A DNA stretch of 64,000 bases from Carcharhinus longimanus (Eukaryota): assembly GCA_030264375.1 (NCBI GenBank), contig JASCQW010000132.1, positions 122,422,472-122,486,471 of the forward strand. Direction: 5' to 3'. Under the pieces are notes generated by a model. That model made no database searches. It was not told the DNA's origin and was given only the letters and a program-made list of their open reading frames with translations. Below, one piece after another: positions 23,569-37,330 of the stretch. Each line of letters starts with the position of its first letter. Within the stretch, counting starts at the first letter, position 1. The translations under genes were made by a program, and so were the position numbers.

Positions 23569-24396
23569 TGTGATGATACTGTGCCTTTAAGGAATGTATT
23601 TGTGTCATGTATCATGTGCAGCATTTCTTTTAGCAGGCACTTCTATGTATCAGTGTCTGTACCCAGCAGCCTATTTTGTTACTACGCAGCATAATTGTTC
23701 TTAATTGCTAAAATGTTTGTTTTAATCTGGACTAATGCAATTCTGTTATTTTAATATTTTTTCCGTGAGGTTTTTCAAAGTTGAGCTTGATTCAGATTTT
23801 GATAGGAGAAGTCATGTGACTGGGAAGGACTAGGCTGACAGAGAGAAAGCCAGCTCACATAGTTTTTGAGATTTGTGGAGAGAAGAAATAGCACTTTTTC
23901 TCTCTCTGGATTTGGAAACTGATATCTGCCAGAAAATAGGTGTCCTTCTCTGAAGTTTTGCTGCTTGAAAGTAGATCTTTCTCTGCAAGCTGCTGTTTGA
24001 GTATCAAAAGGCAGGTGTCACTCTGTATCTGTCCAGAAGGATTTAAAGATAGAAATATAGCAAGTATGCGAGCATACCTGTTTTTGGTGCTAATTGTTCC
24101 TGAAGAAGGATTATGTCTATGGAGATATTGATTAAATTGAAACTATAGGGACAAACAACTGTTAAGAATTACAATTTGTCATGTTTAAATATTTTAATTG
24201 ATAAAAGTTATGCTAATTCTTTTTGTTCTATTCTAATTGTGTTTTTAAATAAAGTTCATTTCAATAAAAACTATCCGAGTCAGTGGAATCACATGGAGTG
24301 AACACATTATACTCACACTAATATCAAAATCAAATAAAGTTGGTGTCGAGGCTAACTTCATATTATATCTTGGAGTTTCTGATCTGGTTCCTAACA
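23569..24396 (+). mobile_element. Solo LTR (Gypsy-type)
   Basis: TGTGAT...CTAACA termini, perfect 4-bp TSD ATAT on both sides, internal AATAAA near 24248 and 24263. Confidence 0.8.
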
Positions 24397-24565
24397 ATAT
24401 GCTAATAATATGTTAACAATATATAAATGGAAAGGGCATCACAGAGAGTTAAGTTGGGCTGTGAAGTGCTTATTTTTAGTTGGTCCATAGCCACATATTC
24501 AAAATCTGGGTCCAAGATGCATGCATATTCTTCCAATTGTATGTACACAAGACCTCATAGGAATA

Positions 24566-27020
24566 TGTAATAATTTCACCAAGGCCTGATCTTTTGTCAC
24601 CAGTCGCTGTTTATTTACAGTGGTTGAGAACTGTTCATTGACCACAGCATGTAGATGAGACCTGAATCTGAGTCTATCGACTACTGGCCCAAGTGGAGCC
24701 ACCTGGTTTTAAAACCCCCACTGGGCAAGCCTCCATTCACCTCTTAATCAATAAGGTCCATGAGGAGATCTATTGATGATCCCCAGTGGCCATCAGAAAT
24801 CCTTCCCTCCTTAAGTCCATTTCTTCCCCCGCACACCACTGGGGGAGGGCTTCTCCGCTGCTTGCCGATTGGCCTGAGGTCGATTGGAGGCAGGACTGGA
24901 TCAGGGGATGTGATTTCTGTTTTCTCTGTTATAATTCCAGGCCATCCTGAAGTTCCTTATGTGGACTGGGTCTCCTATTGATATTCCATCTTCCCTCCAG
25001 GTTTAGGAAACGTTTGCATTATCTTGTTCAAAGCCTTTGTCCCATTAATAATTCTGCTGGGGAAATTCCTGTTGTAGTATGAGGGGTAGCTCTGTGGTAA
25101 AATAAAAGTCATAGCAGTTTGGTCTCTATGAATACCATGGCTGGAATTTTACCGGCACACCCACCCCAGGGCTGGCGAGGCTTGCAGAACGGCATTCTCT
25201 GTTGACCTCGGTGAGATCTTATGAGTCTTGGGGGGCAAGGTGGTAGAATTCCAGTATATAGGTTGCTTCTTCATGCTGAGCTTAAAAATCAGCGCCGCTC
25301 ATTTAGCCAATCCATTCAATAATGGGTGATAGTGTGCTGTCCTAATGTGTTTGACTTCATTGAACCCATGAAGGTCCGAAAGTCAGTGCTAAAGGCAGTG
25401 CTATTGTAAGAAACCAGGAGTTCAGATATCTCAGGCATGAAAAAATATTGTCATAGTTTCTTAATGGCAACTTGGGAAGCGTTGGGGTTCATCCGATGTA
25501 TCTCCAACCACTAAGAGTGCACATCAACCATGATCAGGAATATGGAGCCTAAAGAAGGCTCGGCAAAGTCAACATGCATTCACACCCAGGGCCAACCAGG
25601 CTACTGCTATAGATGTAGGGAGGCTGGGTGGGCGGGCGGGGGGACAGAATTTTGGATTTTCTTGCCATGATCCACACTGTTGAACCAAGTTGGTGCTGTC
25701 TGCAATAAGACTGGGCCACCAGACATAGCTTCTGGCTAACAATTTTCATCTTTGAAATCCCAAGGTGCCCATGGTGTAATTCCATTCATATCGGAGGATG
25801 ATGCCAACCTCAATGTCTTTCTTTCACCTTTCTTCATTTCATCTGAGGGCCATCCTCTGAATCACCCGTACAAAATTATGTTTTTAATTTTGATAGGATT
25901 GGGTCCTTTTGCGTCCAGTCCTTGAATTGCGTAGCAGACACTGGAATGGTACCTGGAAAACTGAAGCCATCATGACCTCTTCCACGACAGGTGTTGCAGC
26001 CGGACTTCCAGACAACGACTGACAATTCAGTGCTTCAGTGTTAGCTATCTGAGTCCCAGCGCAGTGCCAAAAGAAGTATTGATAAGCTGCCAGTAACAAG
26101 CTCCAAAACTGCATCCAGGTGGAAGCAATGGGGGTATTGCCTCGTCTTCATTAAAAACTTCCAGCAGTGGTTTATGATCAGTCACTATGAAAAAGCAAGT
26201 GCCATAATGAAAATTTTTAATGCTGAGGACCATTGCTTATCTCTTTTTGTCCATCCAGGAATACATCCACTCTGCATCCGAGGGGGTCCTGGATGTATAC
26301 TCACTGGGGTCTCTGTCTCATTTCTCCAGTGACGTACCAGTACTGCCCAAATCCCAGTAAGGGGAGGAATTGCATGTCAGTGAAGCCTGCTGACCAGACT
26401 CCAAAGGGCAGACGAGTGTACTAGTATAAGCCTTTGTGCATATCGTTTGAGTCGTAATAACTTTTAACCAAGTCTACTAATTCATTAAAGGTTTTGAAGT
26501 CACGGGCATTTGGGTAGGTCAAGCTTTTGATTACACTGAAAGTTGGGACCCCTACACGGTGTCAACTTTCTGTTTCTTATCTCCCTGAATATTGTGGCCT
26601 GAAAAAGGTAAGGCGTACGATCTGCGTATTGGGCCCTGGCTTCTATGCTTGTATTGTAGGCATCAAGTTTCCCGAAAAGAGGCATATTTCTTACTGGAAG
26701 GCTACTTGTCTTGATAGTAAAGATGGTCCAAAGGAAAGAAGAGATTTGCTTTTACTCCTCGTTGCCAATGTAATAATCTCACCAAGGCCTGTTTTTCTGT
26801 CACCAGTCACCTGTTTATTTATAGTGGTAGTTGAGTGTTGTTCAACAGCTACAGTGAGTAGGTAAGACCTGAGTCAATTGAAAGTTGGCTAAAGTAGAGC
26901 CAACTGGTTTTAAACCCCCTGCTTCCCTATTAGGCAAACCTCCACTCACCTAATTGGCAAGCTCATAGTCATCGAGGTCCACAGGGGGATCTATTGATGA
27001 TTCTCTATGGCCATCATAAT
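24566..27020 (-). mobile_element. Internally deleted Gypsy LTR retrotransposon with both LTRs
   Basis: Diverged LTRs about 24566-24798 and 26769-27020; PBS-like TGGCAACGAGG next to the 5' LTR; PPT AAGGAGGGAAGG; gag start MPLFGKLDAY; RNase H (VTDHKPL) and integrase zinc-finger (ELHHGHLGISKMK) remnants; MITE inserted at about 25138-25255. Confidence 0.85.
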
Positions 27021-27639
27021 GGAATACATTTGACAAAATCAATTCCAAACCAATATAAAGCATTAATTCTGTTCTTTGGCGGTATCAAGCAGATTTAAAA
27101 TGCTCATTTTGCCAGCCATTAGTTATTATAAGTTAAACTGATGCATGCTTTTGAATGGTTCCTATTCCGTGTAGCACATTAGCACCCTCTTGTGGTACTG
27201 ACTGGATGTTTAGCACTAAATGAACTGATTCAACTGCTGTGCAGACGTAATATGGGCAAATGTTCATTTTTGTGTGGTTCAGCTTAATAGCCTGGCCATT
27301 ATTTATATCCCACATGAAAAGGCACTCAGAGGTAGTTCACTACTTTTCAGCCCATGAAGATTGAATGGGTTGGAGACAACCAGTTTGAACAAGTAAATTG
27401 GGGGATTGAGGAGGGTTGTGGCTGGAAAGGAGAGAGAGCCAAGTGTTGTTGATCCTGCAGAATTATCCAAGAGTCCTCAGGAATTAAAAACTAATCTCCA
27501 TGACACTGCTGCAAGCATCCCAGAGGAAATATCATAGGTGTATTGAAAAATATTGTGTATTTTTTTCCATTTCATTTAAACACCTCTATTTACCAGTTGT
27601 AAAAATATTGAAGACAGTTTGTCTAATCATATTTTACAC

Positions 27640-29160
27640 AGAAATTACTTCTGCAGCTGAAAAGAGATACAATGTAGGCTAAGTGAGTGGGCAAAAAAAG
27701 ACAGATGGAGCAGAACATGGGAAAATGTGAAGTTTTCCAGTTTGGTGGGTTGAATAGAAAAGCAGAACATTATTTAACTGGAGAGAGACAGCAGAATTAT
27801 ACAGTACAGTGAGGTCTTGGAGTCCTCGTACACGAATCACAAAAGGTTATCTTACATGTGGTAATGTTGGGGAAAGCATTGAACAGGAAGTCAGAGATGT
27901 AGGTGTTAAAGGAACATCTGTGATTATGAGCAATTTTAATCTACATATACGTTGGGAGAGTCAGATTAGCCACAGCACAATAGAGGAAGAATTTCTGGAG
28001 TGCATATGGGATGGGTTTCTGGACCAATACGTTGAAGAATGAACAAGGGATCACATCAGATTGAACTGGGTGTTGTGCAATGAGAAATGATTAGTTGGCA
28101 ATCTAGCTGTAAGAGAACCCTTGAGGGCAAGTGACTATAATATGGTAGAATTCTTTGTAAAGGTAGATAATGATGTATTTGATTCTGAGACCAGGGTTCT
28201 GAATCTCAGTAAAGGTAACTATGGTGATATGAGGCATGAATTGGCCATGGTGGACTGGGAAATCTTACTGAAAGGAAAGATGGCGGAAAGGCAATGGCAG
28301 GCATTTAAAAAAGAATAGGTGATCTCCAGAAGTTGTTTATTCTAGAGTGGTAAGAGGATTAGGGCCAAACCATGGATTACAAGGGAAATTAGAAATAGTA
28401 TCAGATTCAAGGAAGAAGCATACAAATTGGCAAGAAAAAGCATTTGGACTGAGAATTGTGGGCAGTTTAAATTTCAGCAAAGGAGGACCAAAGGATTGAT
28501 TAAGAAGAAAAATTAAGTATGAAAGTAAGGTAGCAGGAAATATAAAAACTGACTGTAAAATTTTCTATAGATATGTAAAGAGAAAAAAAGGGAGAATTCA
28601 CAATGGGGAATACAGAAATGGTTGAGGAATTAAATTTTACTTTGCTTCAATCTTCACAAAGGAAAACATGAATAATGTACCAGAAGTTCTGAGAGAAACA
28701 TATTTTAGTGAGGAGCGGAAGGAAATCAGCATTAGTAGAGAAATAGTTTTAGGGAAATTGATGGGAATGAAGGTGGATAAATCTCCAGATCCTGATAATC
28801 TTCAAGAGTACTTAAGGAAGTGGCCCTAGAAATAGTAGATTCATTTAGTGATTATTTTACAAAATTCTTTGGAATCTGAAATAGTTCCTACAGATTGGAG
28901 GGTAGATAACGTAATCTCACTATTCAGAAAAGGACGTAAAGAGAAAACAGGGAACTATAGACCAATGGTCCTAACATCGGTACTAGAGAAGTTGTTTGAG
29001 TCTATTATCAAGGATTTCATAACTTGGCATTTGGAAGGCAATGGTATAATTAGACAAAGTCAGCATGGATTTACTAAAGGGAAATCATGCTTAGTGAATC
29101 TATCAGAATATTTTGAGGATGTAACTATTAGAGTTGGCTGAGGAGAACCAGTGGATGATC
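27640..29160 (+). mobile_element. CR1 LINE ORF2 remnant
   Basis: EEFLECIWDGFLDQYVEE; SDYNMVEF; VPTDWRVDNVISLFRKG..GNYRP..QSQHGFTKGKSC; many stops. Confidence 0.85.
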
Positions 29161-29183
29161 TACTCCTGCTTCTACTTCCTACG

Positions 29184-29348
29184 TTTCTCCGGGTGCTCCG
29201 GAAGATGTGCTGGTTAATGCATTGGCCATGCTAAAATTTACCCTCAGCGTACCCAAACAGGTGCCGGAGTGTGGTGACATTGGGATTTTCACAGTAACTT
29301 AATTGCAGTGTGAATGTAAGCCTACTTGCGACAATAATAAATAAATAA
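29184..29348 (+). mobile_element. V-SINE tail-B 3' part
   Basis: CTCCGGGTGCTCCGG...CAGTAACTTAATTGCAG...AATAAATAAATAA. Confidence 0.7.
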
Positions 29349-30271
29349 GGGTCATGGGGGCAGGCTGAAAAGTGAGCTCACAATCACGTCAATCATGGAG
29401 AAGGTTTCAGGGGTCAAATGGCCTTCACCCCGATTTTATTTCTTATGTTCTGATGTTTAGAACGACTACCAGTGGTCTGTTCCTATCCCAACTAATTCTG
29501 CACAAGGATGTTTGAATGCCCATTTGCTTAACATTTAATCAATTCAATTGTTGGTTCAAACAAAATAAATAAATCATAAGGCTCTCTACTTTGAGTGTAA
29601 ATCTTTCAGATCCATCTTCTGATTTAGTTATTGTGTATTCCAAAATTAAACATGCAAGATAGAAAGAGCATTGTGTGAAAATTCAAGAACCTTGTATTTG
29701 ATTTCTTCTACTTAGCACATCACCAACATCATCCCACTGGACTAACTCCAAAACTTAGGAAATAGTTTTGTCACCTCTTGCTGCTCAGTTGCTCTGGCAA
29801 CACAGTAATAAGGACTTTGAGTGTCTGCTTGTGGCTTCCCTGCAGTGTCTGACTGAGATCAAAAACACAATTCGTCAAGAACAATCAGGCATATGCTATC
29901 ACCCCAAGATTAATTAAAATATAACAACTACAGGTACATTTGAAGCTATGTAGTTAATGATTCCCACCTTTCAGTCTAGTTCATGGCACACAGAAGCTTT
30001 TCATTACTTGATTGTGAAATTGGTATAGGAAGAGATCTAATGGCCTAGTCTCAAATAATTAAAATCTTCACCATCTGCAATAAAAAGATGGTTTTAGTCT
30101 TTACGATAATGTAAAATTATAAAAAAAACAAAAATTAATCTAAATCTTTGCCTGACATTCAACTAGCATGTATTGGAAAGCTAGAATCAGGCTGATGGAA
30201 GAAGAGTTTGTTCATCAGTTTAAAAACTTACTGAGCTGCAGTAAGACAGTGAAATCTTACCAAGGATGGCT

Positions 30272-30745
30272 GCACAGTGTGGCACAGTGGTTAGCACCAC
30301 TGCCTCACTGTGCCAGGGACTCAGGTTCAATTCTGGCCTCAGATAACTGTCTGNNNNNNNNNNNNNNNNNNNNNNNNNNNNNNNNNNNNNNNNNNNNNNN
30401 NNNNNNNNNNNNNNNNNNNNNNNNNNNNNNNNNNNNNNNNNNNNNNNNNNNNNGCCTCACTGTGCCAGGGACTCAGGGTCAATTCTGGCCTCAGATAACT
30501 GTCTGCATGGAGCTTGCACGTTCTCCCAGTGTCTGCGTGGGTTTCAGCCAGGTGCTCTGGTTTCCTCCCATAGTCCAAACATATGCAGGTTACGTTGATT
30601 GACATACTAAATTGCCCCTTAGAGTTAGGGGGATTAACAGGATAAATACATGGAGTTACGGGAATAGGGCCTCGGTGGGGATTGTGGTCAGTGCAGGCTC
30701 GATGGGCCAAATGGCCTCTGCCTGCACTGTAGGGATTCTATTCCA
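30272..30745 (+). mobile_element. HE1 V-SINE (tail A) spanning a gap
   Basis: Head, V-domain and CTGCACTGTAGGGATTCTA tail. Confidence 0.8.
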
Positions 30746-32090
30746 TGATAAGGAACAGGGTCAGTATAGGTAAGAAGTGACACTGGTATTTGGATTATGA
30801 GGGGTATGCCTTGGAGACTGTAAAACTGAGAAAAAAAAGGCTTAGCATTCTGACAAATTCTACAAACATCTTTAAGTGGAAGATTAATAACAGGCGGCTT
30901 CAAGTGATGGAAAATCACTGAAAGAAATTGAAAGAGAGAGGGAAGGTTTCTGAAATAAAAACAAAGTGCTGGAAAGGCTCAGCAGGTCGGGTAGCATCTA
31001 TGGAAAGAAAACAGGATTCTTCTTCAGAACTAATCTTCTGATTTCCAGAATCCGCAGTATTTTGCTTTTATATTGTGGATAGTTTCTGGGTTGTTATTAC
31101 AGATATATTTATATTACACAAACTCACTCAATGGCTTCCATGCCAGAAAAAGTGTTACGCGTGCCTGCTAGGCCACTATTATTGGCAGGGGACATCCTGG
31201 AGTTTACGCAACTTAATTAACACAATAATAATAAACAGTAAATGCTGGTTGAACTCATCAGGGTCTGGCAGCATCTGACACGGCCAAAGTATTCACTGTG
31301 ATTGGGCATCGCACTTTTAAGAGAAGCTTCATCGGACGATATAGCCCATCAAAAAAAAAACAGGCCCATCCCCTGAAATGGAGTATAAAAGACCAAACAC
31401 ATTGAAGTCCTTTGATGTGGTCAACGAGTTGGATCTCAAACAAGCATCAGAAGGAGAATCTACCATGAACATAGGATCTGGTAATGTGATTGCATGACCA
31501 AATCTACTGGAAACATTCTGATGCCAGACATTGTTGAAGCATCTCTTTGCTGGGATTACAGCTACAACACAGTTTTAGTTTTTTAATGATTATTTTCTTT
31601 TAATCTTCTTTCTCAACCCATTAAACTTTAATTATTTTAAATTTGTAACTGTGGGTATAAATAGACAAATCCCATTACATATAACAACTTTTTTTAGTGA
31701 GTAATATAATTGTTCTCTTGCAATTTAGGGATCAAAATGAATGTTAAACCTGTATTAGCGTTTGAAAGAAAAAGACATAGAAATGGTCTGGGGGCTTGCA
31801 TGAAAAATAATTAAAGGGCACACACACATTTAGAGAGGGAAATATGGATGAAATAATAACTAAGTGTGGAGCAGGAAGATTATCTTTAAATCAAGGGTAG
31901 GTTTGAATGATGTTAAGTGAAGGTAGATTGGTGTGTGAAGCAGAGCAATGGATGCAAGGTCCAAAGTGTCATCTTGGTACGCAAAAGGTTGTCCGGCTTA
32001 TAGCAAACCAGAACCAGCTTAGGGATGATGAATGTGAAATTATTGGGTTATGAAAAGACCTTGAGGAAAAGTGGGCTACCAATCAGGAGC

Positions 32091-32280
32091 AAAAACAGAA
32101 AATGCTGGAAAATCTCAGCAGGTCTGATATCATCTGTGGAGAGAAAACAGAGCCAATGTTTCTCAGCCGGACTCAAAATGTTAGCACTGTTTTGTCTTCA
32201 CAGCTGCTGTCAGATCTGCTAAGATTTTCCAACATTTTTTGTTTCTGATTCAGAGTCCAGCATCCACAATAATTCACCTT
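32091..32280. mobile_element. Palindromic Penelope-derived short element (relatives at about 30955-31075 and 49010-49110)
   Basis: AAACAGAAAATGCTGGAAAATCTCAGCAGGTCTGA pairs with TCAGATCTGCTAAGATTTTCCAACATTTTTTGTTT. Confidence 0.6.
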
Positions 32281-32565
32281 TATCCTAGTAATCAGGAGGT
32301 TGAGCTTAATATGTTGAAGAAGTTGCAAGAAAAGAAAGCCAAAATATGAATGAATAGGGTAATGAGAGAAAGAGGGGAGTATGCTGGAAGATACAGTGAT
32401 TTTACTTTCAAACATAAAGAAGAAGCAAAAACAAAGCCTTAGGTTAAGGTTAAGAAGAAAATAAATTAGTTTAATAAGGGTCAAAGTTAAAAATGTTGTT
32501 CTAATATTTTGATAATGCTAATTTTTAGGATCTGTTTTTGGTCTTGAAGTAACATCTTTGGAGTT

Positions 32566-32830
32566 GCATGGTGGCACACTGGTTAGCACTGCTGCCTCAC
32601 AGTGCCAGTGATTTGGGTTCAATTCCCAACTTGGCTCAGTGTCTGTGTGGAATTCGCACATTCTCCCTGTGTCTGCATGGGTTTCCTCCAGGTACTCCAG
32701 TTTCCTCCCATAGTCTGAAAGAAGTGCTGGTTAGGTGCATTGACCTGAACAGGTGCCGAAGTGTGGCGACTAGGAGAATTTCACAGTAATTTCATTGCAG
32801 TAACCCTTATCGTAACTAATAAATAAACGT
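32566..32830 (+). mobile_element. V-SINE tail-B copy
   Basis: A/B boxes, V-domain, TTCACAGTAATTTCATTGCAG...AATAAATAAAC. Confidence 0.8.
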
Positions 32831-32939
32831 TTTAGATCAGTTTTAATTTCTGCTAGTTACAGGATGGAGCTAATACTTGTAAGAATCTACACTTCTTGGA
32901 TTTATGTCTTTAAGTTGCCTGTCAGTGAGAGAGCATTTC

Positions 32940-35175
32940 AGAGGCAATGATCATTGTAAGGTTCAGGATGATGGGTGAAAAGGACAATGGACAACCCAGA
33001 ACAAGAGTAATTAACTGGGGGAGAGTTGAATTTGATGGGTCAAGAACGGAACTGGGCTGGATAGAACTGGGACAAAAGGTTGGCAAGAAAAACTGTAGCT
33101 GAACATTGGGCTCCCTTTAAAAGACAAATGCTCAGGCACAGTCAAGGTATATTCCTTCAAAAGGCGAAAGTAGGATAAACAAGCCCAGAGCTCACTGGAT
33201 GAAAATGAAGACAAAAATTGAGATTAAGAAGAAGCGAGTTTATGATCGCTGTCAGGTAGAAAATACAATTCAGAACAAAAAGAAATACAGAAGGTTCAGA
33301 GAGGAGATGAAAAAGCAAATTAGAGAAGCAAAGAGAGAGAAAAGACTGGCAGCCAAACATAAAAAGGGGAATCCCAGAGAATCCTAAAGTCTTCTATGGC
33401 TTTATAAATAGTAAAAGAATGATAAAAAGAATAGGGTTGATTAGGGACTAAAAGGGGGATTTATACATGGAGGTTGGAGGCATGACTGAGGTATTAAATG
33501 AATACTTTGCATGTTTCTTTACCAAGGAGGTACATGCTTTCCAAGCCACGGTGACAAAAGAAGAAACTCTGTCACCAGAAGGATTCAAAACTGATAAGGA
33601 GGAAGTGGTGGATAGACCATCGGTGCTTAAAGTTGACACGGCAACAGGACATATCATTGGACGTGAGTGAATATTGCAGGGACACTGGCCATAGTCTTCC
33701 AGTCTTCGCTGCATTTGGGGAGGTGCCAGAGGACTGGAGAATTGTAGACATTATGCCCTTGTTCATAAAAGATTGGAAGGATAAACCCAGCAATCACAGA
33801 CCAGTCAATTTAACTTTAGTGGTGGAAANNNNNNNGAAACAATTATTTAGGATAGAATTAGTAGTCACATGATAAAATATGTGTCATTTAGGAAGAGCTA
33901 GCATGACTAAAGGGAAAATGGTGTCAAACTAAAATGTTGGAGTTTTTTTGAAAAGGTAACAGAAAAGTTTGATGAGGGTGCTGCTGTTGATATGACTTTC
34001 AAAAGTACTCGATACAGTGCCTTACAACAGACTTGTGAGAAAAGTCATAGCCCATGGAATAAAAGGAGCAATAGCAATATGGATACAAAATTAGCTGTAA
34101 GATAGGAAGCAGAGAGTAATGGTTAATGGATACTTTTTGGGCTGGAGGAAGGTTTGCAGTGGACTTCCCAGTGTTTGGTATTGGGACTCTAGTTTTCCCT
34201 GATATGTATTAACAATCTAGGACTTGGTTTACAGGAGATAATTTCAAAGTTTATGGATGACACAAAATGAATAAGCATTGTAAACTGTAAGGAGGACCAT
34301 ATAGAACTTCAAAAGAACTTTAGGCAAGTTGATGCAATGGGCAAATAGACGGCAGATGAAGATTGATACAAAGCAATATAAATTGATGCATTTTGGTGAG
34401 AAGAACTTGGACAGAAAATATAAAATAATGGGTACAATTCTGAAGGCAATGCAGGAGCAGAAGGACTTAGGTGTATATGCGCTTAGATCATTGAAGGTGA
34501 CAGGGCAAGTGGAGAAAGCAGCTAATGAAGTATATAGTATTCTGGACTTCATTAATAGGGGTATACAGTATGAAAGTAAGGAGGTTATGATGAACTTATA
34601 CAAGTCACTAACCACACCTCAGCTGGAACTTTGTGCACATTCCTGAGCATCACACTATAGGAAGGAAGCAAACTCAATGGAGAGAATGCAAAAGAGGCTT
34701 ACAAAAATGGTTCCAGGAATGAGAGAATTCAGTTATGAGGATATGTTGGAGAGGTTGGAATTGTTCTCCTTGGAGAGAAGAAAGCTAAGAGGAGATTTGA
34801 AAGTGGTGTTCAAAATCATGAGGTGGCTGGATAAATAGGGAGAGACTTTTTCCACACCTAAAAGGATCAAGAACAAGAGGGCACAAGTTTAAATCAAGTT
34901 GCAGAAAAAGGATATGTGATATGAGAGAAACCTTTCCACATAGGGAGCTATTCAGGTATGAGCTGCACTACCTGGAAGTGTGGTTGAAACAGGTTCAGTC
35001 AAGGCATTCAAGAGGGCATTTAGATGATTATTTAAGTAGAAACGATGTGCAAGGGTTACAGGGAAAAGCCAAGAAAAAGGCCCCAAGTCATAATGCTCAT
35101 TTGGAGAGCTGGTGCAGACACAATGGGCAAAATGATCTCCGTCTACATTGTAACAATTCTGTGATTCTGAGAGAT
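32940..35175 (+). mobile_element. CR1 LINE, 2.2-kb ORF2 RT + 3' UTR remnant
   Basis: VLNEYFACFFTKE; VPEDWRIVDIMPLFIK; KFMDDTK (YADD-type); LYKSLTTPQLE; 3' tail TGTAACAATTCTGTGATTCTG. Confidence 0.85.
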
Positions 35176-36809
35176 TCTGAGCAGTTGCATGTTGTCTTAA
35201 TTGGATTATGGGCAATTAAGCATCTTTTTATCAACTTTGAAAAATGGCTGAAAGCTTACTTACTACTTAGGATGACACTATCTTTAAACAAAACCCATGT
35301 ACTGATTTAATTGATTTGCCGTATTTGTAGTGTAGAGCATCTGTATTCAAGGGAAATATTTCCTTCTGTTTTAACATAATGGTAGAAAATGTTATTACCA
35401 TTTGCTTATATGCCTTTATCTGTGGGACTTGGGTTGAAGAGTATGTGACATTGTTTCTAACTACTTTGTCTCTAAATGAAGTGTGCCACTCATTCACAGT
35501 GGAATATAAACTCTGGGGGCAAAGACGGATGGACACTTGTCTTCAGTACACATGACTTTAGTTACAGAGGTGGGAGGACACTAGATGATCTGCACCCTAA
35601 GCCAATGGAAGATATTAATTTGGAATATTTCCAAATAATGGATTCCAGAAGAGTGAGAAGTTGGAAAATCAGAGTCTTTGTTGGCACAGTGTTAGAAGGA
35701 CTGAAGGCTTTGTGCTTCAAAATCTGGGTCTTAACATATTCAGGCCATTCGATATCTTATGGCCTGTTGACAAGAGGAAGCATGAGTGTTACCTCTAAGC
35801 TAGCTGCAAGCACTTCTATCAGTAATGTAAAACATCACTAAGTCTAGAAATCACGGGGGTGGGATTTTTCGGCAACAGAGGAGGCTCGCTATTGGCTGTT
35901 GGTAGGATCTTCAGGTCCGAGCAACGTCTGTGGCATTTTGCAAAGTTCTTCCGTCCTGCTGCCGGGGAATCCAACATGTGGGGCCATCTTCAGTGGGACC
36001 GGAAGAAATACAAAGTCTGTAGTCCAATTTGTCACAGCGCTGTGTGATTTGGGGCCAGGTTTTCATGTCCGCATCCACGTCAGATGGAAGGAAGGCTGGC
36101 AAACAAATATGGCTGGCACGATTCTATTCCAAGATTCCCACCCCCATTCCAATTGCCAATAATTTTTAGTAACTTGGGATAAGTGTTCAGGAGCAAGCCC
36201 ACAGGAAGGGCTTTTATAAGTTTCTATCTCAAGCACTCAAAAAGAAAGCTTCAAGGAATAATCAAAGTCTTATTTTTAAAAATGGGAAAGCAATCTAGGT
36301 TGCTTGGTGAAAGCCCAACAATACTGCCGTTTGAATGTTGGCATAAGTTTGAAATGATAAAATGCCAAGCACAATATAATGTGTTCTTTTTGAGAAAGAA
36401 AAGGTCAAATAAAATTACAAACAAGTAAAGTATTTTAGTAGCTGTGTTCATTTGGGAATATATGAATTTTAAAGAGATGCCCTTGGAATAGACGATAGAG
36501 ACAGGAAAATCATGCCAACAAACTGGAATTGGAAAAATCCATTGAAAGGTTTGGGGAAGAAAAATATGTGATGGTGGGTGTATTTGAATCTTGTACAAGG
36601 GGCTACAAGGCCAGCTCCATGGCATACAGGATTCAAGTAACATAGGAAATTAAATGGATTGGTGACACTTCAAACTCAGATAATAATGTACCCTTGCTGT
36701 GCATATGAGGTGGTGCCTACAATATTAAATCCAGCTGTTGTGAGAGTTAATAAATGAATATTGGCAAAAGGCCAGCATAACACTGGCAAAATCAAAATTC
36801 AACATTACT

Positions 36810-37330
36810 GAAAACTTATGCTCCAGAGCTTACTATTTCCACTAGGCAAGCTGTCCCAGTATAAAAAGACTGGCAGTAACGTGGGACATTTCCCACATAT
36901 GTCCTGTACACAAGAAACAGGACAAATCCATCCTGGCCAATTACTGTCCCATCATCTACTCTCGATATAAAGGTGATATAAAGGGTCATCAACAGTGCTA
37001 TCAAGCAACAATTGCTTACCAATAACTTGCTCACTGATGCTCAGTTTGGGTTCCACCAAGGCTGCTCAGCTCCTGACCTCATTACGGCTTTGATTCAAAC
37101 AAAAACAGAATCCTAGATGTGAGGTGAGAGTGACAGCCCTGACTGAATATAGCATCAAGGAGCCCAGCAAAACTGGATTTGATAGGAATCGGGGGGGAAC
37201 TCTTGGCTTTTTGGAGTCATACCTGGCACAAGGAAGATGGTTATGGTGATTGGAGGTCAATCATCTCAGCTCCAGGACATCACAGCAGGAATTCCTCAGG
37301 GTAACGTCCTAGGCTCGTCCAACTTCAGCT
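36810..37330 (+). mobile_element. Second CR1/L2-group LINE RT fragment
   Basis: PVHKKQDKS..ANYCPI; NNLLTDAQFGFHQG; AGIPQGNVLG; same family as 19060-19360. Confidence 0.7.

Noticed and set aside
29846-29933. Possible exon (CCCTGCAG|...CAG|GTACAT) upstream of the small ORF
   Set aside because: Weak donor, stops in all frames and no in-frame ATG; at most non-coding and unsupported
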